Shown here in pieces: positions 46,640 to 57,357 of a DNA stretch of 64,000 nt; within the stretch, counting starts at the first letter, position 1, and every line of letters begins with the position of its first letter. The notes beneath the pieces are model-generated. The model was not told the DNA's origin. It worked only from the letters and a program-made list of their open reading frames with translations, and did no database searches. The DNA is from Candidatus Chazhemtobacterium aquaticus (GTDB taxonomy: Bacteria; Patescibacteriota; Microgenomatia; UBA1400; Chazhemtobacteraceae): positions 475,643 through 539,642 of the forward strand of contig NZ_CP047901.1 in NCBI RefSeq assembly GCF_009936135.1, read 5' to 3'. The position numbers and the translations under genes are program-made.

Positions 46640-48076
46640 ATGATCTACTTTATCCTCCTCCTTGGTTTTATCTTCCGCCTTATCTTAATCAATCAAAGCT
46701 TCTGGCTTGATGAGGGTGCTTCACTAGTTATCAGCAACCGTCCCTTCACTGACATCTTTTCCTATCTCTCCACCGATTTCCATCCCCCTCTCCATTATCT
46801 AATCACCCACCTTACTTTAGAGCTAGGTTTCCGCTCCGAAGCTTTACTACGTCTCCCCAATGTCATCTTTGGCGTCTTGACCATCTATTTCCTCTATCTT
46901 CTCCTCGAGCTTCTTAATCACAAAGCCACTCTAAAAATCTTCTCTCGCAAGATTCCTCACTCACTCATAGCTGCCCTATTCTTAAGCCTTAATCCGCTTC
47001 ACATCTACTACTCTCAGGAACTACGCATGTACTCCCTCTCTGCCTTACTCGTTGTCCTCTCCTGGTACCTACTTGCACTCTTTATCAAAACCAAACGCCA
47101 TCTTCATTTAGGTGTGTTCACCCTTGTTTCTACCTTAAGCATCTACACCTTCTATGGAGGCTTTTTTAACCTCTTTGCTCAGCTTGTCTTTATCTTCATC
47201 TCCCATCGCCGTCTCTTGGTTCGCTTCTTGAGTTCTCTTCTGGTCACCCTCCTTCTCTTCCTTCCCTGGTTACCCACTCTCTTACTTCAGTTTCAGGGTA
47301 GTGCCTTCTTAAAGAGTCTGCCTGGTTGGGTAGAGATCTCAGGTCAGTTAGATCTTAAGTCTCTGCTGATGATTCCCGCCAAGTTTTCTTTTGGTCGCAT
47401 CAACTTCTCCGCCTCCAACAGCTTCCTTCTCTCGGGAGCCATCGTCACTCTCTACTATGTTTCCCTGGTTATCTTAAGTCTCAAGCGTCCAGTTAGTCGC
47501 CTCTTTCTTCTCTGGCTGGTTCTACCCATTGTTACAGCCGCCGTTCTTTCTCTCTTCTCTCCCATGCTTGGTTACTGGCGCTTCATCTATCTGGTTCCCG
47601 CCTTTACCACCCTCATGGCCTTAGGTTTACTGGCTCTTCCTCCCCGGCTAGCCATTTTTAATCTCTTTGTCATTATTTCCACTTCTCTACTGGCCAACCT
47701 CATCTTCTATATCACTCCCTCATTCCACAGAGAAGACTGGCGCTCCGCTTCCCAGTTTGCTTTGGATCAACAACAAACCCAAGGCGCCCAGCCCATCTTT
47801 GTTTTTGCCGACGCCTTTGCTCCGGTTCTCTGGTACGCTCCTGATCTTGTCTACACTGCTCCCCTAAAAGATCTAAACAATGACCCTATTCTACTAGACC
47901 AGCGTCTTTCTGATGGTACTGCTGGCAACTCAGATATTCTTTACTTTCATTACCTAGCCCAGATGACTGATCCCGGTCGCAACATCCCGACCTGGCTTGA
48001 TAACGCCGGCTATCACTTACTCACCACCTACGACTTTTCAGGAGTCGGTTTTGTTGATTATTACACCGCTAAGTAA
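46640..48076 (+). CDS. GT-C-fold (PMT/GT39-like) glycosyltransferase
   Basis: 'QSFWLDE', 'DFHPPLHY', 'NPLHIYYSQELRMY' and 'REDWR'. Confidence 0.85.
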   Translation: MIYFILLLGFIFRLILINQSFWLDEGASLVISNRPFTDIFSYLSTDFHPPLHYLITHLTLELGFRSEALLRLPNVIFGVLTIYFLYLLLELLNHKATLKIFSRKIPHSLIAALFLSLNPLHIYYSQELRMYSLSALLVVLSWYLLALFIKTKRHLHLGVFTLVSTLSIYTFYGGFFNLFAQLVFIFISHRRLLVRFLSSLLVTLLLFLPWLPTLLLQFQGSAFLKSLPGWVEISGQLDLKSLLMIPAKFSFGRINFSASNSFLLSGAIVTLYYVSLVILSLKRPVSRLFLLWLVLPIVTAAVLSLFSPMLGYWRFIYLVPAFTTLMALGLLALPPRLAIFNLFVIISTSLLANLIFYITPSFHREDWRSASQFALDQQQTQGAQPIFVFADAFAPVLWYAPDLVYTAPLKDLNNDPILLDQRLSDGTAGNSDILYFHYLAQMTDPGRNIPTWLDNAGYHLLTTYDFSGVGFVDYYTAK

Positions 48077-48088
48077 CTTTTTTACCTT

Positions 48089-49183
48089 ATGAAAATAGCC
48101 ATTGACGTTACCCAAGCCATCTACGGCACCGGAGTTTCCCAGTACACCCGCCACCTTGTTTCCGAGTTGCTAAAACTTAAAACCAAAGACTCTCTGATTC
48201 TTTTTGGCGGATCGCTTCGTCGCAAGGCCGAACTTGACCACTGGATTCGCCATCAATCAGGAGCTATAGGTAAGACCCATCGTCTCTCGCCCAAGATGGC
48301 TCATTTCCTCTGGAACACTCTTCATCTTTATCCAGTCGAGCGCATTACTGGTCTAGTTGACGTCATCCACACTTCCGACTGGGCCGAGCCACCAGCCAGA
48401 GCACCCAAAGTCACTACCATCCACGATCTGGCTATGTTCAAGGATCCTCAATACGTTCATCCGGAAGTTGGTCGGGTTCACCGTAAGCGGCTTTTCTGGG
48501 TTATTAAAGAATCAGCTCGCATCATCGCTGTCTCCCAGGCCACCAAGAACGACATCATTCGCTACCTTGAGGTAGATCCAGAGCGTATCGATGTTATCCC
48601 TGAAGCACCCACCTTGCCCCCTCCTACCCTAAACACTCAGGAAATCGTCACCAATCAGTTCCGCCGTCTCGGCATCACCAAGCCCTATATCTTAGTCCCC
48701 GGTTCCGGCCATCCCCGCAAAAACATTCATAAAGCTGTAGCTGCCTTTAAGCGTGCCAAGTTAGACCTCCTCCTCGTCATTGTCGGCCGCCCCAGTGAAG
48801 ACGAAGCCAAGCTGGCTTCTCCCTCAGTTATCTTTACCGGCTTTGTCTCCGATCTTGATATGGGCCTACTCACCTCTCAGGCCCAGGTTGTTCTCTTTCC
48901 TTCTCTCTACGAAGGTTTTGGTCTACCCGTTTTAGATGCGTTCGCCGCTTCAGTTCCAGTCGTTACCAGTGACACCAGCAGCCTGCCGGAAGTGGCTGGT
49001 CCAGCCGCCGTTTTGGTTAATCCCTTATCAGAAGAAAGTATTGCCGATGGTATAATCGAAGGTCTTGAGAACCGATCTGAATTAATCAGAAAAGGCCACC
49101 AGCAACTTAAGAAATTTAGCTGGCAAAAAACCGCCCGAATGACTCTCAAGCTCTACCAAGAAGTGGCCCAGAATCACCAATAA
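48089..49183 (+). CDS. GT4 family glycosyltransferase
   Basis: 'TGVSQY', 'TTIHDL', 'PRKN' and '[14 protein letters not shown]'. Confidence 0.9.
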   Translation: MKIAIDVTQAIYGTGVSQYTRHLVSELLKLKTKDSLILFGGSLRRKAELDHWIRHQSGAIGKTHRLSPKMAHFLWNTLHLYPVERITGLVDVIHTSDWAEPPARAPKVTTIHDLAMFKDPQYVHPEVGRVHRKRLFWVIKESARIIAVSQATKNDIIRYLEVDPERIDVIPEAPTLPPPTLNTQEIVTNQFRRLGITKPYILVPGSGHPRKNIHKAVAAFKRAKLDLLLVIVGRPSEDEAKLASPSVIFTGFVSDLDMGLLTSQAQVVLFPSLYEGFGLPVLDAFAASVPVVTSDTSSLPEVAGPAAVLVNPLSEESIADGIIEGLENRSELIRKGHQQLKKFSWQKTARMTLKLYQEVAQNHQ

Positions 49184-49193
49184 CCATATATAT

Positions 49194-50300
49194 ATGTTAA
49201 TTGCCATCGACGGAAACGAAGCCAACATCTCCCAACGAGTCGGTGTCAATCAGGTTGCTTTTGAGCTACTCCACCATCTAGCCAAACTAAAAACCAAGCA
49301 CAAATTTGTTGTTTTCTTAAAAAATCGCCCCCTGCCTGATCTGCCTCCTACCTCCAACAACTTTACCTACGAGGTCTTTGGTCCCACCAAAGCCTGGGTC
49401 TTAACTGGTCTTACCATGCGTCTGCTTCGCTCCCCTCGTCCTGACGTGCTCTTTACTCCCAGCCACTATATCCCCCTAGTCTCTCCGGTTAAGCGAGTCT
49501 TTGCCATTATGGACCTTTCTTACGAAAAATTTGGGGCAGAGTACTTTACCCAATACGATCTAAATCAACTTCGCCGCTGGACCGCTCAATCCGCCAAAAA
49601 AGCCAAAAGAATCATCACCATCAGCGAGTACACCAAGAAAGACATTGTTGAGATTTACAATACCTCACCTGACAAGATTGATGTTGTCTATCCAGGCTAC
49701 GACCAGGAGCTATTCCATCCCCGCATTCCCTTAACCAAACAACAACAAGTTCGCCAAAAATATGGCATCACCGGCAAGTATTTTGTCTACGTTGGTACTC
49801 TCCAGCCTAGAAAAAACATCGCCAATCTCATCAAGGCCTTTTCTCGTCTGGGTGGTGGCACTAAACTAGTCATAGTCGGTAAAAAGGGCTGGTTGTTCGA
49901 GGAGATCTTCAAGGTCGTCAAGCGCTACAAGTTGGAGAAGAAAGTTATCTTCACCGGTTTTGTCGAAAGTAGCGATCTGCCTGCTCTCTACAAGTCCTCT
50001 GTCGCATACGTTCTCCCCTCACTTTATGAAGGCTTTGGCATCCCCGTTATCGAAGCTCAAGCTTGTGGAGCTCTTACCGTTGTTTCTCGTGTCAGCAGTT
50101 TACCTGAGGTAGCCGGAGACGCCGCCATCTATATTAACAACCCCCATTCTGTTGATCAGATTGCCGAGAGCTTAAGGGAAGCCTTATCCCTACCCCGTCT
50201 TAAGCGGGCACAGCGGATTAAGCAAGGCAAGCAAAACGCCACTCGTTTCTCTTGGGACAAAGCCGCCCAAAAAACGCTTAAAATCCTTACCAGTCTTTAA
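49194..50300 (+). CDS. GT4 family glycosyltransferase
   Basis: '[10 protein letters not shown]', '[14 protein letters not shown]' and 'FSW'. Confidence 0.9.
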   Translation: MLIAIDGNEANISQRVGVNQVAFELLHHLAKLKTKHKFVVFLKNRPLPDLPPTSNNFTYEVFGPTKAWVLTGLTMRLLRSPRPDVLFTPSHYIPLVSPVKRVFAIMDLSYEKFGAEYFTQYDLNQLRRWTAQSAKKAKRIITISEYTKKDIVEIYNTSPDKIDVVYPGYDQELFHPRIPLTKQQQVRQKYGITGKYFVYVGTLQPRKNIANLIKAFSRLGGGTKLVIVGKKGWLFEEIFKVVKRYKLEKKVIFTGFVESSDLPALYKSSVAYVLPSLYEGFGIPVIEAQACGALTVVSRVSSLPEVAGDAAIYINNPHSVDQIAESLREALSLPRLKRAQRIKQGKQNATRFSWDKAAQKTLKILTSL

Positions 50301-50320
50301 TTACTGTTAGAATACCAGAT

Positions 50321-50956
50321 ATGAAAATCGCCAATCTTAAAATCACCTCCCAAGGCTTCCAGTTTGTTGACAAACAGGGCAAATCTCTTTCGCTCAATGT
50401 GGCCATCGGCAAGATTATTAACCGTTTCTTTAGCTATTTTCTCGATTTCGAGTTAATGCTTTTAAACTACGTCGGTCACATACCCATTCATTTCCTCCGC
50501 CATTCTATCTACCGTCTTTCTGGCCTACAACTCCATCCTTCCTCCACTATCCACACTGGCGCCCGTTTCTTCAACCCCCGCCGTATCAAAATCGGAGAGG
50601 ATACCATCATTGGTTACCGTGCTTTTCTTGATGGCCGTGCCCCCTTAACCATTGGTTCTCATGTCGATATTGCCTCTGAAGTCATGATCTACAACTCAGA
50701 ACACGACGTTCACTCCACTGATATGAAAGCCATTGAGGAACCAGTAAAAATCGAGGATTACGTTTTTATCGGTCCCCGAGTCATCATCATGCCCGGCGTC
50801 ACTGTTGGCAAAGGTGCGGTTATTGCCGGTGGGGCGGTCGTCACCAAAGACGTTCCACCAGGGTCTATAGTTGGCGGAGTTCCTGCCAAGGTCATCGGTG
50901 AACGTCGTCTCAGGAAGTTCAACTATCATCTTGGCCGCCCCCGACTCTTCCAATAG
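50321..50956 (+). CDS. left-handed beta-helix (hexapeptide) acyltransferase
   Basis: Hexapeptide repeats '[10 protein letters not shown]...[23 protein letters not shown]' and 'GGVPAK'. Confidence 0.88.
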   Translation: MKIANLKITSQGFQFVDKQGKSLSLNVAIGKIINRFFSYFLDFELMLLNYVGHIPIHFLRHSIYRLSGLQLHPSSTIHTGARFFNPRRIKIGEDTIIGYRAFLDGRAPLTIGSHVDIASEVMIYNSEHDVHSTDMKAIEEPVKIEDYVFIGPRVIIMPGVTVGKGAVIAGGAVVTKDVPPGSIVGGVPAKVIGERRLRKFNYHLGRPRLFQ

Positions 50957-50981
50957 CCTTAAAATGCTATTATCTACCTAA

Positions 50982-51557
50982 ATGAAGCTCCTCACTCGAC
51001 TTCTCATCCTTTTTCTCTATCTTTCAGGTTTAGTCTATCTCGCCCTTCCCCAACCCGAGGTGGTAGCTTTACCCAATGCTCTTCGCTCCACTGAGCCAGG
51101 CGACACCTGGCAAAACCCAGATCAATCTGCCTATTACACTAACCTTGGTAGAAGCGAAGTTCTAGAGTTCTATCAAGACACCTTCTCGCTTAATCTTTTT
51201 GGACTAACCCTGCCCTCATATCGCCTCAATTACCCCCCTGAGGACAGTCGTGTCTACGTCCGTGATCACCTACTTACCTATTACCTTGAGGAAATCAATC
51301 ACCCCTTAAGAGAAAGCCTTTTTGTTGCGGGCTGGAATCCTAGGTTAAGCCCCATCTCCAACTATCTCTTTGACTCACAGTACGACCGCTGGGCCATGGT
51401 CATCGATGGTGTTGAGTACCAATCAAAAGTCACTCTAAAACCTTACTACTCCTCTCCCTATACCCGTTTCTTTATCTGGACTAGTATCTTCCCCCTCACC
51501 TATCTTGTCTTCAATCATTTCCGTCTCTCACTCAAACGCCTACTTAGCTTAAGGTAA
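50982..51557 (+). CDS. hypothetical protein with N- and C-terminal TM helices
   Basis: Two terminal TMs flank 'STEPGDT...AYYTN' and 'RLNYPPE'. Confidence 0.65.
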   Translation: MKLLTRLLILFLYLSGLVYLALPQPEVVALPNALRSTEPGDTWQNPDQSAYYTNLGRSEVLEFYQDTFSLNLFGLTLPSYRLNYPPEDSRVYVRDHLLTYYLEEINHPLRESLFVAGWNPRLSPISNYLFDSQYDRWAMVIDGVEYQSKVTLKPYYSSPYTRFFIWTSIFPLTYLVFNHFRLSLKRLLSLR

Positions 51558-51562
51558 TCTCT

Positions 51563-52453
51563 ATGAAACTAGACCTTTCCATCATCATCGTTTCCTACAA
51601 CACCAAAAAATATCTGCGTGATTGTCTTAACTCCTTATATTCCAACACCAAGGGAGTTAAATTCGAGGTCATCGTCGTCGACAACCACTCCACCGACGGT
51701 TCTCAACAAATGCTTGCTAAGCACTTTCCCAAAGTAAAGTTGATTAAAAGTGAGCAAAACCTAGGCTTTGGTAGAGCCAATAACTTAGGCGCCAAACAAG
51801 CCAAAGGTAAATATCTGCTTTTCTTAAATCCAGATACTCTCATCACCCCCGATTCAATAAAGGAAAGTGTCAAGTTAGCAGACCAGACTTCCAAGTTAGG
51901 AGCCTTAACTATCCGCCTCCTTTTTGCTGATGGCACCATCCAGCCTACTGGTGGTTACTTTCCCACATTGCTCCGCCTGTTTGCTTGGCACACCGCTCTT
52001 GATGAGCTGCCGGTACTAAAGCACTTGATTGGCCCCATTCATCCCCCCGCTTCCTTTTATACCCACTCCTTTGAGCCTGACTGGATCACTGGCGCCTTCA
52101 TGCTTATACCATCCCCAGTCTTTAACAAGGTAAGCGGTTTTGATGAACACATCTTTATGTATGGTGAGGATCTAGAGCTCTGCTACCGACTTAAACAGCT
52201 TGGGTACAAGGTTATCTACTCCAGCTCTCCTTCCATCACCCACCTGCAATCCAAGGCCTCCTCATCTCAGTTTGCTCTCATCTCAGAGATTACTGGTATC
52301 AAGTATTTTTACAAAAAACACAAACCTTCCTGGCAGCTGCCGTTAGTCAATATCATTTTCAAGCTCGGCTCATTGCTGCGGCTATTACTCTTTGGGATAA
52401 TACTAGGCGATGACGCCAAAAAACAAGCCTACCACCAAGCGCTCAAACTCTAA
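51563..52453 (+). CDS. GT2 family glycosyltransferase
   Basis: 'LSIIIVSYN', 'VVDNHSTDGS', 'NLGFGRANN', 'FLNPD' and 'FMYGEDLELC'. Confidence 0.9.
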   Translation: MKLDLSIIIVSYNTKKYLRDCLNSLYSNTKGVKFEVIVVDNHSTDGSQQMLAKHFPKVKLIKSEQNLGFGRANNLGAKQAKGKYLLFLNPDTLITPDSIKESVKLADQTSKLGALTIRLLFADGTIQPTGGYFPTLLRLFAWHTALDELPVLKHLIGPIHPPASFYTHSFEPDWITGAFMLIPSPVFNKVSGFDEHIFMYGEDLELCYRLKQLGYKVIYSSSPSITHLQSKASSSQFALISEITGIKYFYKKHKPSWQLPLVNIIFKLGSLLRLLLFGIILGDDAKKQAYHQALKL

Positions 52454-53822
52454 CAACTCCTTGCTAGAGTCTCTGCTTAAATACACCTTCGCGGCCCTCC
52501 TTATTTTTATTCCGCTCTACCCCAAGTTTCCCTTGTTTAATGTTCCTGGCACCTATGTTGCCGTCAGAGCCGAGGATTTCATCATTGCCCTACTGGCTCT
52601 TCTCCTCCTCCTCCTCCTATTACTCCGCCCTTACTTCAAGTTTTTTACCAAAAGCCCCACCGCCAAAGCTATCCTGGTTTTTTGGTTAGTTGCTTTTTTT
52701 GCCACTCTAAGCGGTGTTTTCTTAACCAAAACCACCCCTCTATCTCTGGGTCTGCTTCACTGGGCCAGGCGAGTCGAGTACACCATTCCTTTCTTTGCCG
52801 GTTTACTACTTGCCAGAAACAAAGACAACCTACTTTTCTTTGTTAAGCTAATTCCCTTAATCGCTCTGGCCGTCTTTGTTTATGGCCTAGCTCAGATCTA
52901 CTTAAATGCACCCGTTATCTCCACCCAGAGTGCCGAGTACTCCACTGGTATCGCCTTAACCCTTCAGCCAGGTGTTAACCTCTCCTCCACCTTTGCCGGT
53001 CACTACGATTTAGCTACCTACCTCACCATGACCCTAAGTCTATCTGCTGGTCTACTTCTTCTCTTCCGTCGCCATTTACCTCGATTGCTTGGTGTTACCT
53101 TCTTACTCATTCTCTTCTGGTTGCAACTACGCACCGGCTCTCGCATTGCTTTCGGTGCTACCGTTCTATCATTGAGTCTAGTTTTCCTACTTGGTAAGAA
53201 GCCTCTCTGGATTATCCCTGTTTTTCTAGTTGCTTTTGTTGGTTTGGTTAACACTCCCAGCATCTCTGATCGCTTCGGCAATCTCTTTGATGTTTTTAAA
53301 TTCTCCCGCTTCCAGGATCAGGTCAAAGGCTTGATGGACTCTCGTACCCAGCTACTCATCCCTCCTCTCTATGCAGCTGACGCCAGCCCTTCATCCACTC
53401 CCAAGCCCACCCCCATCGAAAACAAACGAGCCATCCAAGAAGACCGCTCCACCTCGATTCGTCTTGATGTTGAGTGGCCCAGAGCCTTAAGAGCTCTCAA
53501 GAAAAATCCCTTCTTTGGTACTGGTTATGCCTCCATCTCACTCGCTACCGACAATGATTACCTAAGAGCTTTAGGCGAAACCGGACTCCTTGGCTTCATT
53601 GCCCTCATCACCATCATCATCAATATCATTACTGATCTCCTCTCTAATCTAAAGAAAAAACTGTCTTCTCTCGAACGTTTTTATAGCCTAGGTACTTTAG
53701 GCCTAGTCATTGGCTTTCTAATTATCGCCACCTTTATCGACGTCTTTGAAGCTAGCAAAGTAGCCACCCTCTTTTGGATGTATACTGGCCTAGCCTCTGG
53801 TATTGCTCTCAAACACTCATGA
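52410..53822 (+). CDS. O-antigen ligase/polymerase (Wzy_C)-like membrane protein
   Basis: 'SSTF', 'TGSR', 'S..IR...W..A...NPFFGTG' and 'DNDYLRALGETGLLG'. Confidence 0.8.
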   Translation: MTPKNKPTTKRSNSNNSLLESLLKYTFAALLIFIPLYPKFPLFNVPGTYVAVRAEDFIIALLALLLLLLLLLRPYFKFFTKSPTAKAILVFWLVAFFATLSGVFLTKTTPLSLGLLHWARRVEYTIPFFAGLLLARNKDNLLFFVKLIPLIALAVFVYGLAQIYLNAPVISTQSAEYSTGIALTLQPGVNLSSTFAGHYDLATYLTMTLSLSAGLLLLFRRHLPRLLGVTFLLILFWLQLRTGSRIAFGATVLSLSLVFLLGKKPLWIIPVFLVAFVGLVNTPSISDRFGNLFDVFKFSRFQDQVKGLMDSRTQLLIPPLYAADASPSSTPKPTPIENKRAIQEDRSTSIRLDVEWPRALRALKKNPFFGTGYASISLATDNDYLRALGETGLLGFIALITIIINIITDLLSNLKKKLSSLERFYSLGTLGLVIGFLIIATFIDVFEASKVATLFWMYTGLASGIALKHS

Positions 53823-55246
53823 AACACAAAATCTTACTCATCCTTATCCTTCTACTTGCCCTTATCTTACGTTGGTACAAAATCGATAATCCTTTAGCTG
53901 ACTGGCACTCCTGGCGTCAGGCCGATACTGCCTCTGTTTCTCAGGAATACCTAAAAAACGGTATTGATTTGCTTCACCCTCGCTTCCACGATCTTTCCTC
54001 CTTCCCTTCTGATATTGATAACCCACAAGGCTATCGCATGGCCGAGTTTCCCCTCTACAATGCCATCCACGCTTTTATAGCCGGCAACTTTACTACCTTT
54101 GATCTTGATCAATGGGGCAGAGTCCTCTCCATTGTCTACTCCCTTATCTCCATCATCTTTCTCTACGCCCTAGTCTCACTCCTAACTGATCGTTACACCG
54201 GTCTGTTATCAGCCTTCTTTATGGCCGTTCTCCCTTTCAGTATTTACTACTCGAGGGTTGTTCTACCCGATCCCTTAATGATTACCCTTACTCTGGCTGG
54301 TTCATATTACTTTGTTAAAGCTACCCGTCAGCCCAACCTCGCCCATTTCTTCCTATCAAGCACCCTGCTTGCCTTTGCCTTACTGGTCAAGCCCTATGCC
54401 GTCTTTTACTTTCTCCCTTTAGTCTGGTTAGGTCTTATTACCTGGGGTTTCAAGCTTTTGCTTAAACCCTCCACCTACATCTTCCTTATCATTGTTTTTG
54501 CTCCCTTAATTCTCTGGCGTCTCTGGATTCAACAGTTCCCTGAAGGCATCCCAAGCAATCTCTGGCTCTACAACTACATGAACATCCGCCTTCGTCCCGC
54601 CTGGTGGCGCTGGCTCTTTTACGAACGGCTCTCTCTCTTGATTCTCGGCGCTTTTGGCTTACTGCCTTTCCTCACTGGTCTAGTCACCAAACTCAAACCC
54701 AAAGAACACTATTTCTTCCATCTTTGGTTGGTTGGCATCTTTGCCTACCTAGTTATATTCGCTGGTGGCAATGTCACTCACGACTACTACCAAGCCATCA
54801 CCATTCCCGTTCTGGCCGTCTTCTTAGCTAAAGGCACCCTTTTTCTAGTTAAACCTAACCCATCTTTAATCTGGCCCTTTACACCTCTGCTTGTTTCAGC
54901 CTGTATCGCTCTCTCCCTTGCTTTTTCCTGGTATCAAATCAAAGGTTACTACCAAGTCAACAACTGGAGTATTGTTGAGGCTGGTATCAGAGCTGACAAA
55001 CTTCTCCCTGCCGATGCCAAGGTCATTGCTCCCTACAATGGCGACACTGCTTTCTTATATCAAACCAGACGTTCTGGCTGGCCCATCTCCTTCTGGGGTA
55101 TTCCATACCTGCTTGAGCGAGGTGCTACCCACTACGTCTCGGTCAACTTTGATGACCAAACCAACCAGGTCATCAGTGATCCCAACAACACCATTCTTGA
55201 ACAAACTGACCGTTATGTAATTGTTGAATTAAACCAAAACAAATGA
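53819..55246 (+). CDS. GT-C-fold (ArnT-like) glycosyltransferase
   Basis: 'WHSWRQADTA', 'EFPLYN', 'P..IYYSR..LPD', 'LVKP' and 'HDYYQ'. ATGA overlap with the upstream stop. Confidence 0.82.
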   Translation: MKHKILLILILLLALILRWYKIDNPLADWHSWRQADTASVSQEYLKNGIDLLHPRFHDLSSFPSDIDNPQGYRMAEFPLYNAIHAFIAGNFTTFDLDQWGRVLSIVYSLISIIFLYALVSLLTDRYTGLLSAFFMAVLPFSIYYSRVVLPDPLMITLTLAGSYYFVKATRQPNLAHFFLSSTLLAFALLVKPYAVFYFLPLVWLGLITWGFKLLLKPSTYIFLIIVFAPLILWRLWIQQFPEGIPSNLWLYNYMNIRLRPAWWRWLFYERLSLLILGAFGLLPFLTGLVTKLKPKEHYFFHLWLVGIFAYLVIFAGGNVTHDYYQAITIPVLAVFLAKGTLFLVKPNPSLIWPFTPLLVSACIALSLAFSWYQIKGYYQVNNWSIVEAGIRADKLLPADAKVIAPYNGDTAFLYQTRRSGWPISFWGIPYLLERGATHYVSVNFDDQTNQVISDPNNTILEQTDRYVIVELNQNK

Positions 55247-56454
55247 AAATCTTAATGCTCACCCCATATCTTCCATATCCAGACTCTTCTGGTGGACAGA
55301 TCCGCACTCAGAATTTACTGAAACACCTCAAGAAAAAACATGACATCACCCTAGTTTCTTTAATTAAAGACCCGACCGAAACACAATATATCCCAATTTT
55401 AGAAAAAAACTTTTGCAAAAAAGTTAAGGTCTGTCTGCGTTCCCGTAAGCCTTTTACGCTAAAAAACATCATCAAAACCGGTTTTTCGCTTCAGCCATTC
55501 TTAGTTGTTCGCAATTTTTCCAAGCAAGCCCAGCAAGCCATTGCCTACGAGCTAGCCAACAATCATTACGACCTCATCCATGTCGAGACTTTTTACGCCA
55601 TGCCTCACATTCCCTCCGGAACAAAAGTTCCAGTCGTATTGGTTGATCAGACCATTGAGTTCAAGGTCTACCAGCACTATGTTAAGGAAGTTGCCCCGCT
55701 ACCTCTACGACCTCTTCTAAACATTGATGTTCTAAAATTAAAGCACTGGGAACGCTTCTACTGGCGTCGGGCCAATCGGGTTATTGCTGTGTCCGACAAA
55801 GACAAGGAAGAAATCTTAAGACTAGAACCAAATCTTCGCGTTGATATTGTTCCCAATGGAGTCAATCTTGATTTCTTCAAACAAAAAACATCCTGGAAAA
55901 CCAGCAAACCGACCATCCTCTTTGTCGGTAATTTCCATTGGCTTCAAAATATTGAAGCAGCCCAGACTTTAATCACCAAGATCCTGCCTTTAGTTAAGAA
56001 AAAACTCCCCCAAGCTCGTGTCTGGATTGTTGGTCAGCACCAACCCGATTCGCTAAAAGCCTTGGCCTCCGACTCTGTCTTAATCTCAGATATTGCCGAA
56101 GATGATGCCGACAGTATTGTCAAAGCCTACAAAGAGGCTGATATTTTTTGTACTCCCATTAAAGGCCCAGGTGGCACCAGATTGAAAAATCTAGCTGCTA
56201 TGGCCAGTCGTCTTCCCATTGTCAGTTCATCTGTTGGTATGGCTGGCTTAGGTATTAATCCAGGCGAACATGCCATTATTACCGACTCACCCAAATCCAT
56301 GGCTACTGCCATCATTGATCTAGTAAACAACCCCAAAAAAGCCGAGTCACTCACTCTCGCTTCTCGCCGTTATGTCGAGCAAAACTTTAGTTATCAGGTC
56401 ATTGCTGATAAACTAAGTCGCATCTATCAGCAAGTATCCAGCCAGACACCATGA
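55243..56454 (+). CDS. GT4 family glycosyltransferase
   Basis: 'PYLPYP..SGG..R', 'VPNGV', 'FVGNF...N' and 'GGTRLK.L.AMA..LPIV'. Confidence 0.88.
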   Translation: MKILMLTPYLPYPDSSGGQIRTQNLLKHLKKKHDITLVSLIKDPTETQYIPILEKNFCKKVKVCLRSRKPFTLKNIIKTGFSLQPFLVVRNFSKQAQQAIAYELANNHYDLIHVETFYAMPHIPSGTKVPVVLVDQTIEFKVYQHYVKEVAPLPLRPLLNIDVLKLKHWERFYWRRANRVIAVSDKDKEEILRLEPNLRVDIVPNGVNLDFFKQKTSWKTSKPTILFVGNFHWLQNIEAAQTLITKILPLVKKKLPQARVWIVGQHQPDSLKALASDSVLISDIAEDDADSIVKAYKEADIFCTPIKGPGGTRLKNLAAMASRLPIVSSSVGMAGLGINPGEHAIITDSPKSMATAIIDLVNNPKKAESLTLASRRYVEQNFSYQVIADKLSRIYQQVSSQTP

Positions 56455-57350
56455 GCCTGTCTATCATCATCGTCTCCTACAACACCAAGCAGCTGCTATC
56501 AGACTGCCTCAAATCAGTCTATAAATCTCAGAGTCCCAAAGATGGTCTCGAGGTTATAGTTGTTGATAATAACTCGCCTGATGACTCAGTCCAAATGGTC
56601 GAGGCGGATTTTCCCCAAGTTAAATTAATTGCCAATCAAGACAACAAAGGTTTTGCTGCTGCCAACAATCAGGCTGCCGCCATCGCCCAAGGCAAATACT
56701 TGCTCTTTCTAAACTCAGACACCAAGCTTACTCCTCACGCCTTAGTCAAACCTTTAAAATATCTCCGCACTCACCAGGATGTTGGTGCCATCACCGTCAA
56801 GCTACTTTTACCCACTGGCCAGATCGATCTTGATAATCACCGAGGTTTCCCCACTCCCTGGACTGCTCTTACCAAGATGTTAAGACTAAATACCCTCTTT
56901 CCCAATAGTCGTCTCTTTAACAACTACTACCAAAGCTACAAAGGCTACGACCGTATTCACTCCATCGATGTGGCCGCTGGTTCCTACATCATGCTCTCCA
57001 AAAAACTTTTCGACAAAATTGGCGGTTGGGACGAGAGCTACTTCTTTTACGGAGAAGATATCGACCTCTGCTACCGCATTCGCCAAACTGGCAAAAAAAT
57101 CATCTACTATCCCAAAGTCACTACCATCCATTACAAAGGTGCCAGCTCTGGCTTAAGAAAAGAATCAGCCAACAAAGCTCGTCCGCCCAAGGCCACTCGC
57201 ATCAAGGTGGCCAAGGCCTCGACCCAGGCCATGAAAATTTTCTATCGCAAGTTCTATCAAAACCAGTACCCCTTCTTCATCACCTACCCCATCCTTCTAG
57301 CCATCACCCTGCTTGGCTGGCTTAGAGTTATCAAGCACCAACTAACTTAA
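56451..57350 (+). CDS. GT2 family glycosyltransferase
   Basis: 'IIIVSYN', 'VVDNNS', 'GFAAANN', 'FLNSD' and 'FFYGEDIDLC'. Confidence 0.9.
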   Translation: MSLSIIIVSYNTKQLLSDCLKSVYKSQSPKDGLEVIVVDNNSPDDSVQMVEADFPQVKLIANQDNKGFAAANNQAAAIAQGKYLLFLNSDTKLTPHALVKPLKYLRTHQDVGAITVKLLLPTGQIDLDNHRGFPTPWTALTKMLRLNTLFPNSRLFNNYYQSYKGYDRIHSIDVAAGSYIMLSKKLFDKIGGWDESYFFYGEDIDLCYRIRQTGKKIIYYPKVTTIHYKGASSGLRKESANKARPPKATRIKVAKASTQAMKIFYRKFYQNQYPFFITYPILLAITLLGWLRVIKHQLT

Positions 57351-57357
57351 GTAGTTT

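Noticed and set aside
52602-52616. (CTC)5 tract in the ligase-like gene, and 8-nt A or T runs near 28721 and 29536, as phase-variation sites
   Set aside because: The trinucleotide tract is an in-frame poly-Leu in a TM helix. The short homopolymers are expected at this composition and the frames are intact.
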